A DNA stretch of 64,000 nt from Fistulifera solaris (taxonomy: Eukaryota), in contig AP026133.1 in assembly GCA_030295235.1 (NCBI GenBank), positions 1,240,001-1,304,000 on the forward strand. The letters run 5' to 3'. Under the pieces are notes generated by a model that was not told the origin of the DNA, ran no database searches, and worked only from the letters and a program-made list of their open reading frames with translations. Both the position numbers and the translations under genes were made by a program. Each line of letters starts with the position of its first letter. The stretch's first letter is position 1. Below, one piece after another: positions 37,953 through 48,530 of the stretch.

Positions 37953-39908
37953 ATGTCGCCGCAAAATGACCCTTTTCCGATGAGTTCTCCGGAGGCACAG
38001 CGCCTTGCGGCATCGGTAGGAAAAGGTGAAGGAGGTCAAACCAGTCAATCCTGGAGTTCTATGAATACGCAGTCTGCAGGAAAAGGACCTCGAGGTGAAG
38101 CAATTGAAGCAATCAGTGCGTCGAAAGGTCTCATTAAAGGTGAAAGCAAGTCGTATGATCAAGAAAACGACGAGCAAAATGAAGACGAGTTCTTTGATCG
38201 ACCAATGTGGGAGTCTCATGGGAACTCTTCAGAACGAAGAATGACACGCGTGTTGCGGATACTTGAAAGGATCTTCAAACGACTCTATGGTGACAAACTT
38301 CCACCGGCAGAAATGATACGAACCCTTTGCTTGGCTTCAACGCTTTTCTTTATGATTGGTGGCTACTGGTTGTTGCGCTCTTTGAAAGACCCTGTCCTGT
38401 CGGCTCTTTGCGGAATTGAGACTATCCCGAAAGCCAAGATTGTGTCAGTTTTCGTCGTTCTTGGCGTCGTTTCGATTTACAATCATTTACTGGACTCGGA
38501 TATCCCCAAGCATCGTCTTTTCTACATCTTCGGGACGTTTTACTTCGGGGCATTCATTGTTATTGCTCTGCTGCTAATGCACCCAACTATCGGACTGAAA
38601 AATGAAAAACCGAATCCATATCGACTTTTGGGATGGATTAGTTACTGCACGATCGAATCCTTCGGTTCCGTCATGGTCAGTTTGTTCTGGTCCTTTGCCA
38701 ACTCGAACATTACACTCGAGACAGCCAAAGCCAGTTACGGAATTATTGTTGCTACTGCACAGATCGGAAGTATTATCGGTCCGACGGTAGCTAGATTTGC
38801 GGAAACATTAGGGTAAGTGTATTTTGAAAAGTGGTTTTTGCTCTGATTGGCGCTCGTTTCACTCATGCGAATCGTCGCGCACCGCAATCGCAGCGTGGCT
38901 TCGTGTTACATGATCGGTGCGCTCTGTATGTTGTTGCTGCAAGGAACGATGCGGTTTTACATAGCCACCTATGGTGTTCAGGATAGAAATACCAGCAACC
39001 TCACAACAACAAAGAAAGCCAAGACCGGAATTTTGGAGGGGCTGCATCTCTTTGCGAAACACAACTATGTGAAGGGAATCTTTGCCATCAGTTGCTTATT
39101 CATGGTTGAGGTTACTATTGTTGACTTTACGATGAAACTTCTCGCGAAAGAGTACTTTGCCGAGGAATATCCTTGCGAAATGGGAATGGACTGCTACGAC
39201 GCACTGACAGGGGAACACGGAACATCAGCTCAAGCCACCGCTGCATTTGCCTCGTTCATGGGTCTTTTTGGACAGGCTACGAACTCCTTGTCGTTTTTGT
39301 TTAGTTTGTTTGGAACCAGCGCGGTGATTCGCTTTCTTGGCCTCCGATTGACACTTCTACTTTTTCCTTCCCTTTGTTTGTGCGTCATCATTTTTGTAAG
39401 ACTTTATCCAACTCTCTATGTTGTTTTTGGTGCTATGATGTTGCTAAAAGCAAATTCGTACGCACTCAACAATCCTACCAAAGAAATCCTTTACCAACCC
39501 ACCAGTTCTGCGGTGCGGTACAAAGCGAAGAGTTGGATCGATATTTTTGGTGCACGAGGTTCCAAAGCCCTTGGCAGTCTTGTTACGAATTTCTTTTCGG
39601 ATAGTGCCGCTAATCTAATTGCAAACGGAAGCTTCGTGGGAATGGGAGTTGCATCGTTTCTAATCTGGAATGCACGTTTCATGGGAAAGAAATTTGATGA
39701 GTACATCGAGACCGGGTATATCGTGGGCGGCGACGATGAAGATCAAGGTGAAAATGAATACACAAGTGTGGAAATGGCGTCTTCGCAGAACGATAAAGAG
39801 GAAACAAGTTGTGCTATTGACGAAGATGACGAATTGAGCCATGAAGAGGAGGGACAAGGCTCCGATGCCGCGGATAATTCAAAGAAGGCCAAGGTACAAA
39901 TGGTATAG
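37953..39908 (+). CDS. Nucleotide transporter (NTT/TLC ATP/ADP translocase family); intron 38813-38893
   Basis: [42 protein letters not shown]...[17 protein letters not shown]; the GT..AG intron restores the frame. Confidence 0.9.
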
Positions 39909-39995
39909 TGGGTCTGACGCGGCCATCAATGATAAAAATGATTACTTCTTATGTTATCTCCAAAATGAGCTATTTGTGTTTTCATCCCCATGTCA

Positions 39996-42624
39996 TCACT
40001 GGACTGTGAGACTGTACGACGAGTAGAAGTCGAGCATTTCTGAAGTTATCTGCTTGGGAGTTGAACGGATTGCCTGTAGTAGATGGCGCATACCAATCGT
40101 TACGTTTGTTGGATCCACTGCGCGAACATCACTCTCTTCCAATGCAAGCAAAGCTGCATCCTTACAAATCGCTACGACCTCTGCACCAGAAAACCCATCA
40201 CTGATGTCGTCGCTTGCCAGCAGATCAAACTTAACGTCTTCATCCAATGACTTGGCGCTGAGATTGAGCTTGAATATTTGCGCACGACTTTTCATGTCTG
40301 GAACGCCAACGTATATCTTTCGATCGATTCTTCCGGGCCGTGTGAGCGCGCTATCCAGCAAGTCAGGCCGGTTTGTCGCGCCAACAACGACTACTCGTCG
40401 TGCCTTGCCTCCGAAAGACGAATGAGAAATACCGTCAAGTTCTGTCAGCAGCTGAGATAGTAAGCGCCCACTACTTGTAGAATCGGCACTACCACGCTTT
40501 GAAGCAATGGCATCAAGCTCGTCGAAAAAAATAATAGAAGGACTGGCCATTCGAGCTCTTTTTAAATAGTGATGCTAGCGCACGTTCACTTTCTCCAAGC
40601 CATTTACTCAAAAGCTCTGGTCCTTTCACTGCAAGAAAATTCATTTTGCCTTGGGTCGCGAGAGCTCTTGCCATTAAGGTTTTGGAACATCCCGGCGGTC
40701 CATAAAGAAGGATGCCATTGGGCGCGGATATTCCTAGATCTCGGAAAGCAGTGCTATGCTCGTCTGGAAAATCAATGGCATCCTTTATTTGCCTCTTCAC
40801 GGCTTCCATTCCACCGATCGAAGACCACTTTACTTCAGGAATTTCAACTGTTATTGCTTTGATCGTGGAAGGTTTTGTCGCCCGGATAGAAGATTGCAGG
40901 TCTGTAAGTTTCAAATCGGCTTCGAATTCCGTACTGTTTTGTAATGAGTGAACTGATGCTGCCCTTATCGCCTCTTTCATCGCAAGCACGCAATCAGAGC
41001 CACTGAAACCCTTTGCAAGTTTACCAAGATCCAACCAATCATCCACATTAAGTGAATTCGCCGTGACTTTCATTCTCTGAAGTAAAAATTTCATTATGTC
41101 CACTCGAGTTGACGGTTGATCCGGCAAAGGGACTTCGATTTCCGTATCCAGCCGCCCTGGTCGTCGAATGGCAGCGTCCAGCAGAGAGGGATTGTTTGTA
41201 ATAGCAATGACAGCAAAAGGGTGCTCCATTTTGTTCGAGACTCCGTCCATGAGCGCAAGCAGCGTTGCAGCCAATTGATCGGTAGCACTAGTCGAGCTAC
41301 CTCTCCGGGGGCATATGAGATGCACGTCATCTAAAATTAATAGCTTGCTGCGAGTGGACGAATCAAAGAATGAAGTAAGAGATCGCTCTGCTTCTCCGAC
41401 TACCGCCGCTTTGGATCGAAGTGATGTGCAGCTTACGTATGTCACATCGTAAGATCGCATCTTGAGCTCTCGTTCGATTTGTTTCGCTACTTGGCTCTTT
41501 CCTACGCCACTCGGACCGTGCAACAGCACACCTTTGGGAGGTTTCATTCGAACTTCACCATAAGAAAATAGATCGCTGCGTTCTAAGCTAGTTTCCAGAA
41601 AGGCTCTCAATGAACTCAATGTATCATCGAGGCCGACCACTAATGGTTCTTCATCGTACACAGTCGCTTTTGCTTCGTCGTTTTTCGTGCGACAAATCAC
41701 TTGAGTATCTTTGTGAATTCTATACAATCGACAATCCGTTTTTTGTATGAGACTTTTCAAATAGTTTTCTTTGTCCCCGTCCCCGTCGTTATCGCTTACG
41801 ATTTCGTTTTCCTCCAAAGACATTAGTTTGAATGCTGCATCAAAGGTACAGTCTCGGGAGACGCCTCAATGGACTCGAGCATTACATCGATGGTCCTCCC
41901 CTGGAATAAAATGTTAATTGTTTCGCCTTTTCGAAAATATCGACCCACACAATTCGCCAGTACTATTCTTTCCAAGACTCGTAGGGCTGATGTTAAGACC
42001 ATGTCTCCTTCTATCTCCGATCGTAGATCAACTCTCACTGCATCGGAACAGACATTCTGTGCAACAAAATGTCCCATAGCCGACACCTTCGGTATGATCC
42101 AGTATTTCTCCTGTATTTGAGAGCTTCGTATGGACGGAGAAGCTCTCGGATTCGATGGAGTGGATGGTGAAGGAAGGCCGTCTCGCTTAAATGAAAATCC
42201 CTTTTTATCATCCGGTGTTCGTGGTGGAATACTGCTTGTCGTGTCGATGGGGTTTTGCGGGGGCTTTGTTGTTAATTGCGATCCTATAGGCGACACAATG
42301 ACGGTTCCTGGTGTTGCTGTTTTGGTTTTAGAGCTTGGTTGCCCCGGACTCTGGCGCTCGGAGCGAGAAATGGCAGCACTAGCAATGACTATTGATGATA
42401 CTTTTTGCACCACGCCATCTCCCGTCAACGAAATAAGTATAAGTTCATCTTTCACTCTTACATTTAGCAGAGAAGCATCGTGCTCAGAAACGTTAATAAC
42501 TGTCGTTTGTTTCGAAATAGACGAGCTCTGCGTTGCCCATATCACACGAACAGGTAGGAGTTTACTGGTCTCTGCTTTTAAAATATTATCTGCAGTAGCA
42601 CTATCACCTTTTGTTGTCTCTCAT
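39996..42624 (-). CDS. Double-AAA ATPase, AFG2/SPATA5-like (CDC48 family); apparent frameshifts at ~41850 and ~40560; start uncertain
   Basis: D1 GVLLHGPSGVGKS...RRPGRLD; D2 VKWSSIGG, LLYGPPGCSKT, KGPELLSKWLGESE, FFDELD, ATNRPD, RPGRIDR. Confidence 0.85.
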
Positions 42625-43010
42625 GGTTCTTTTTACGTGTCATGTTGTAAAGTAATGTCCTTCAGCATCATTTGAAAGAAACCCAGGCAATCGGATTGAA
42701 TGCAAATGGGTGCTTTGTTGATGAAGAATTTTCGCGGTTTTCGTGGATGTTGTGAACTCGTGAAACAAACGAAACACGAGTTGGTCGCAAGAGCTATTAT
42801 CTTCCTTCTCGCTATGAAACTAGTAAAACTCTGGATGTTTCCTAAACTCTCTCGGCTATCAAATCAAGTAGGCGAGCTTAAGTATAGACATATAGAATGA
42901 TATCATACACAAAGCAGACAGATTATTGTGTACAGAGTCAAACCGTGAAATGCGATTGAAGTAAACAAAATCATCAGGCAACCGCTATATGGTCAGTCGT
43001 CTCGTGTCAT

Positions 43011-44558
43011 TCACCCCCATAAAGATTCGTCGTTCTCCCAGTTCATATTTACGAGAGGATCTGGGCTGGAATTTGGTGGCTGCTTTACAGAGTGACCTTG
43101 TCTCTCTTTCGCGTCGACCGGGCGTCCACCTATGTCAACTTCGACACCGTCGTCGAAAAAGCGAAAGGCCAACGGAGCCCCAATCAAGCGTGTTTCATTC
43201 TCGTTCGGAGGCGGCTCGTTCTCTTTGAGATTGTTTTTGTGATCCACATCAAGTCGTTGCCTTTTACTAGTGATTCGTTTCCTTTCCTCCTCCTTGCTTA
43301 GAATTGAAGTGGCTTCAGTCGCGTTCACACCATTCACTGCCCGCTTACTAGATGAAAAACTATCTCGGGAAGCATCTGAATTCATGCTTGCTTGTTGAAT
43401 CTTTCTATGCGACAGCATACAACTCTTCTTGCTTTCTTCTTTTTTACGCTCTGACGAGTCCGACTTGTTGTTGGCCTTAACGTCATCTTGCGCTCTGCTC
43501 TTGAAGCGTTCTATTCCCTTAGGAAATTCATCTCCCTGGATATCTTCATTGAAGTTCTCATTGCTTTTCAGTAAGTTGAGGTTGAATTTGCTCTGGCCCA
43601 GAACCCATCTTTCGCTAAAATCAGGACGCTCATTGATCTCAAAGTTCTCTCCGTTGCAAGAAGCGAATGTTTCACTCGGCATTCTCGAGGACGAAAAAGC
43701 AGTTGCTGTATCCAAAGGGGGATGATTTTCTATGTTTGGGCTGGCTCCGAAATCGTTGGTATCGTACTCGGGGTGTATATTCGTCATGCAGTTTAGCGAA
43801 TCTTGATGCAGTGAATGCTCTCCCGCCACGTGTCGCTCAAAAGGCAAAGGTCCCATACCCAAGTTACTGCACATTGATGCCGCGTCCCGATCAAATGTCA
43901 CGGTCCGGTTCCGAAAGTGCGCTATTCCTCGTTCCGAGTCTTTCGGTATCGGAGCTAATTGGTGAGCAAGAGTGTCATCGCCCTGAAATGCATAACAGTG
44001 CTGCGAGAATGCCACATCTGCGTGGTCGCGATTCATTGCGTAATAGTCATACTCATTCGGTGGAAGAGTTGCGTAGTGTACAAATTGTTCACGATTTTTC
44101 CATCCATTGTGATCTCCAGACTGAGGGCCTTGATAGTGCGCAGCATTTTGATGTTGATAAGTAGCGTCGCAAGAAAGTAGCATTTCTCCCGGAGGTGGGA
44201 GCATTTGCTGTTCGAAATAAGTAGGATTAGCTGGATTATTTTTCTCGTATCCGTACGATGCAGGATGATGGGGCTCAAGAAAGGCGCAGTGTTGTTGTTG
44301 CAGCCGTGCGTGAGGTGAACGACTTAGGTGATCTTGATAAGGATCACAACGCTGAAAGAAAGCCGGATTCGCTGCAACCGGGATCTCGTGCCAAGATGTC
44401 GCTCTGTTATCTCGGTTAGGCTGAGGAAGAATCGTTCCCGGAGGGTAGCCACTCTCTTGATGCAGATGATGAAGGGGGCAGCGTGCAGGACTAGACGGTG
44501 TAACGGCTCGCCTATAGAGAGGATCAGCCCATTTTGAATACGTTCCCGTCACTAGCAC
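43011..44558 (-). CDS. Hypothetical, largely disordered protein
   Basis: 515-codon open frame; no domain recognised; start uncertain. Confidence 0.55.
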   Translation of the reverse strand: MLVTGTYSKWADPLYRRAVTPSSPARCPLHHLHQESGYPPGTILPQPNRDNRATSWHEIPVAANPAFFQRCDPYQDHLSRSPHARLQQQHCAFLEPHHPASYGYEKNNPANPTYFEQQMLPPPGEMLLSCDATYQHQNAAHYQGPQSGDHNGWKNREQFVHYATLPPNEYDYYAMNRDHADVAFSQHCYAFQGDDTLAHQLAPIPKDSERGIAHFRNRTVTFDRDAASMCSNLGMGPLPFERHVAGEHSLHQDSLNCMTNIHPEYDTNDFGASPNIENHPPLDTATAFSSSRMPSETFASCNGENFEINERPDFSERWVLGQSKFNLNLLKSNENFNEDIQGDEFPKGIERFKSRAQDDVKANNKSDSSERKKEESKKSCMLSHRKIQQASMNSDASRDSFSSSKRAVNGVNATEATSILSKEEERKRITSKRQRLDVDHKNNLKENEPPPNENETRLIGAPLAFRFFDDGVEVDIGGRPVDAKERQGHSVKQPPNSSPDPLVNMNWENDESLWG

Positions 44559-45270
44559 ACAAGAAAGGAGTCAGCGCATGAAGGAAACTCATTGAACTGA
44601 TTGATAAGAAATACTTACGCCCTCTTATGCTTCTTCTAACAAAACTGGGATGTCGTTTTGTCGTCGTTGAAGGCTCATGCGAAATTGAGATTCTCGGCGA
44701 CGGCAAATCTCCCAAAGACGCTCGCCTTTCGAAAGACCTATTCATACGCGACTTCAGTCTATTCGCGCCAGAAGTCATCCATTTATCTCCTGTCATTTTA
44801 TGAAAAAGTCAGGGTGAGGTTTTCATTGTTTTGTGTCTTTGTGTTTCTACTACGTATCGCTGCGTTTGCGATGATCTTGTTTTCGTTGTTAAAGTTTACT
44901 GTTATTATTGCACTTGTCGTAAACCGTCCTCAACGCTGAACGGTTTTTGTTTGTCTAACTAATCAATCTTTACCAGGTAGAGGTAGAGGAGGAGGAGTGA
45001 GTCTATTGTTACACTGTTGGACTCGGAATCGCGACTGACGAGTCACGCACCAAACTAAAGAGCGCGGACGACACAAGACACAAGAGGCATCAAGTAAAAT
45101 CAAATATACATGATAGCAACTATGAATGGGCGCCTTAATTCACGAGATGAAAAATATAATTATTAACCAATTAACAGCACCTGAGCAAAGAGCTCGCCAA
45201 CATTCGAAAAGGACTTGCTTGCTAATCGCCCCGTGCGAGACACACTAACGAGTTTTATGCAACATCAAAC

Positions 45271-45825
45271 TTAGTGACCATCATGTCCATGCGCCCCGTC
45301 GTTATCATGACCGTGTCCCTCTTTGTGAGACAGCGAGCGGTCGAAAAGAGAGCGCATGTGGCCATCATGTCCATGCTCATCACCATCGTGTCCATGACCT
45401 TCTTTGTGTGACAAAGAGCGGTCAAAGAGCGAGCGATGACCGTCATGTCCATGCGCTCCGTCGTTATCGTGGCCGTGGCCCCCTTTGTGAGACAAGGCGC
45501 GATCAAAGAGCGAGCGATGACCATCATGGCCGTGAGCTCCATCATTATCATGACCGTGGCCGCCTTTGTGGGACAAAGAACGGTCAAAGAGAGAGCGATG
45601 ACCGTCATGGCCGTGAGCTCCGTCGTTATCGTGGCCGTGTCCCCCTTTGTGCGACAAGGAGCGGTCAAAGAGCCCTCCAGTTGACGTGGAGAAGCCAGAG
45701 GCAGCGATGTACATCACCGAACCCAAAGCAACAGCCGCGCAAAGGAATCGTCGACGGAAGCTCTTCTCAGAAGAGTTGACACCAGCGATGGTGTTGGTTT
45801 CATGAGTTGCTTCAATGTCATACAT
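45271..45825 (-). CDS. Membrane-anchored His/Gly/Asp-rich repeat precursor with RXL motifs (184 aa)
   Basis: RRR + hydrophobic helix FLCAAVALGSVMYIAASGF, then 5 units of ~27 aa (FDRSL-SHKGGHGHDNDGAHGHDGH-RSL); differences between repeats are mostly synonymous. Confidence 0.85.
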   Translation of the reverse strand: MYDIEATHETNTIAGVNSSEKSFRRRFLCAAVALGSVMYIAASGFSTSTGGLFDRSLSHKGGHGHDNDGAHGHDGHRSLFDRSLSHKGGHGHDNDGAHGHDGHRSLFDRALSHKGGHGHDNDGAHGHDGHRSLFDRSLSHKEGHGHDGDEHGHDGHMRSLFDRSLSHKEGHGHDNDGAHGHDGH

Positions 45826-47116
45826 GGTGGCGAGGGAACTACTTATTCGTGCGATCAAAGCGTTGTTATTGCTGATGCTATTTTTATGAGCAACGCGAAT
45901 GAGGCAACTGGAGCTATTTAGAGATCTGGAATCTGGAGATCTTTTGACGCTTCATGCTTCAGAGCGGGGACATGGACATTCTTCGATGGCATGGGTCATC
46001 ATTCATCATACTCTTGCAATAGCTTCTGTACTCTAATACTATTGCCTGGCCTATTTCTTTCTGCCCATGCAGTTTTCTATCATTCTATCTTGGCTGAGCC
46101 GAGACCTACAGAATAACCAAAGTTGGATTTTAGTTAAAAGTCTTGGTTGAATTGACAAAAATTTGAAAACCTTTTTCGAATTCATTTCCACTCCTTTACT
46201 TAGAGTCAAATTATACTGCACTAAATACTTGAAAATTTCTTTCGGATCGATTGGTTCTTCCGCTCCTATGTAGAAGATAGGGCATAAGTTATTCGACTAT
46301 CCACGTCTAAGTTCACAACGTCACTTCCATGTCACTTAGAAAATCAAAGTGATACGTTAGTGTACCTGGCATCGATGCGGCGAGTCGTGAAAAAGCATAA
46401 TGAATGAGGTTCGCATGTGCATCTCTCACAATCTCCCTTGCTCTGTCACAAAATTCACGGGGTGCCCCATAAATCTAAGCGAAAACATTCATCTCTCAAG
46501 GAAAGCTCATGCAAGCGTTCCATGCTTAGGCTTCCGATGGACTTCACTTAACGGACTAAATTTTGTACGGATTAACAGGCGCGGAAAAGGAAGAAAGACT
46601 ATGACTAAAGATTACTTGTATAGATTGAATTTGCGTCGCCTCTGTACTGGGTCTCACTGCGGGTCTGGGCCTGGCCGAAGGCCTTGGATTGCCATCAAAG
46701 CCTACACGTGACAGTTAATTTAGGTCCGTGGATGATTGAAATCAACGAGACCTTCTCATGCATGCTCAGGGAGCTCGAGAATCTAACGGGGGCTCTGAAA
46801 ATTGCAAGTTTTTTTGCATTATTAGGTACACAAATTATATTCATAAATTAATCCTCCGTAGCATTAGTTTTCTGTCTACTAAAGCTAGCGACGCAAGACT
46901 GAATAGTCCCTGGGCGCGCTAGATGGTGAAGCCATCACTTTGTACAAGAAATGCGGTGCGCACCGTTGAGCATGATAATCCTGCCGAGCCTCGAGGGCAT
47001 GTTCAGTGAAATAAGTACCCAGATAAGATAAAGACTTGCAGTTACAACATTTTCGTATTTAGACACTCGATGTACTTGGGAGTTATAATGGATGGTGTTG
47101 TTGTGATATAAAAAGA

Positions 47117-48073
47117 TTAGGATTTCTTCAGGTGCTGGAGTACGCACACCAGACGAAAAGCTAGCATTTCGTCGTCCACTTGAACCCCTTCTTCTAATGC
47201 ACCATGCATTTCCACTAGCTCAAGACCCGCACATCGAGCGAGTGCAGCAATTTCTTGTGCCGTAAAGAGCCTCAGTGGTACGACTTGTCGAATATTCTGA
47301 ATGCCCTCCGATTGTGCAACTCCCACAAGCTCCATCGCGACTGTAAATTGCCTAACTTGTCGAATGGGATCAAACGCGTCTCCATCATCGCCCCAAATAA
47401 TTTTTAGCTCTCCTGATTCTTTTCCGGAATCGTCTTCCAGCGGCACTTTCCAACTATTTTTGGTACATTCGACCATGGAGAAAGTTTCACGCGGGTGTGG
47501 GAGCTCTAGCACAATGGTGCCATCCTCCGCTAGTGCTTCCTGAACCGCTTGTAAACAGGATATTACGTCATCATTGGAAGTGAGATGCTGCAAGGAGCCA
47601 AGCAGAATCCATACCGTGTCGACAGAGTCCTTGCCGTTTTTATATCGAAACGATCGCATATCATCGACGCAATACTGAAACGACTTGAGCTGCTGTTCAT
47701 CTAGCAACTCTGCGGCTATTTCTATTGCGTAATCTGCCATTTCTTGTGAACTATCTACCGCTGTAGCCGTCTGAATAGAAGAGTCCGACAAAGCCGTAAG
47801 AGCATGCCGAGCTGGACCTGCCGCCAGCTCAAGTACTGAAAGTGCCGGACGACCTACCAATCGTTCGTGTGTATTCAATAAAAAGTCCACTTCTTCTTCA
47901 AAGTCACGATACCCAAACGCTAAATCGTAGAGTGCTGGGAGTGAGTAGATGGATTCTCCTTTTCCCACAGTAGCACGAAGAGATGTGACACATTTCTTTT
48001 GTGTCGTCAAGATGAATGCTTGATTGGAGGCCGTAAACAGTCCAAAAACGAACAGGAATGCCGGACGACTCAT
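47117..48073 (-). CDS. Class I SAM-dependent methyltransferase, probably plastid-targeted
   Basis: YDLAFGYRDFEEEVDFL, VLELAAGPARHA, AVDSSQEM, DDMRSF, GSLQHL; signal peptide + AF motif. Confidence 0.85.
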   Translation of the reverse strand: MSRPAFLFVFGLFTASNQAFILTTQKKCVTSLRATVGKGESIYSLPALYDLAFGYRDFEEEVDFLLNTHERLVGRPALSVLELAAGPARHALTALSDSSIQTATAVDSSQEMADYAIEIAAELLDEQQLKSFQYCVDDMRSFRYKNGKDSVDTVWILLGSLQHLTSNDDVISCLQAVQEALAEDGTIVLELPHPRETFSMVECTKNSWKVPLEDDSGKESGELKIIWGDDGDAFDPIRQVRQFTVAMELVGVAQSEGIQNIRQVVPLRLFTAQEIAALARCAGLELVEMHGALEEGVQVDDEMLAFRLVCVLQHLKKS

Positions 48074-48530
48074 GTTACAGCTAATTGATCGTCCCCGTTT
48101 TTGATTATAAAGCTTACTGGCGCAAATGGATTGTTCGAATTTGATACAACGGCACACATTTTTTCGTTGTTGTTTGGTTTGATCTGGTTATTAGTATATA
48201 AGCCTCTTATTGTTTGGTTCGATGGTCGACTGTCGACTGTCGACTGTCGACCAAGAGATTCAAAGACGTATGGTAGCACGGACCATTAACCATTACTCCC
48301 AACCCCAACAGGCAACCATAAAATCTGGGGGTTTGATATTATTTTGACGTGTCCTCCTACCTCCTACTAGAGAGTTATGATTACCAGTACGATCTTCAAC
48401 TCGTTTTCAATTTCTTACGTCGGCAGTTCACAACTACTCCCAACCGGCAACCGGCAGATTGCGGACCTCGACCGACGGCAACAATAATACGGAGTACTCC
48501 GTACAAATAGTAATCGCCTCTATCCGACAC

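Noticed and set aside
45255..45779. Alternative-frame ORFs over the His repeats
   Set aside because: Substitutions between units are synonymous only in the His-rich frame
45271..48073. Methyltransferase as a tailoring enzyme for the His-repeat precursor (RiPP-like cluster)
   Set aside because: Only adjacency supports it; the enzyme has a signal peptide + AF leader suggesting plastid import and looks like a widespread algal family
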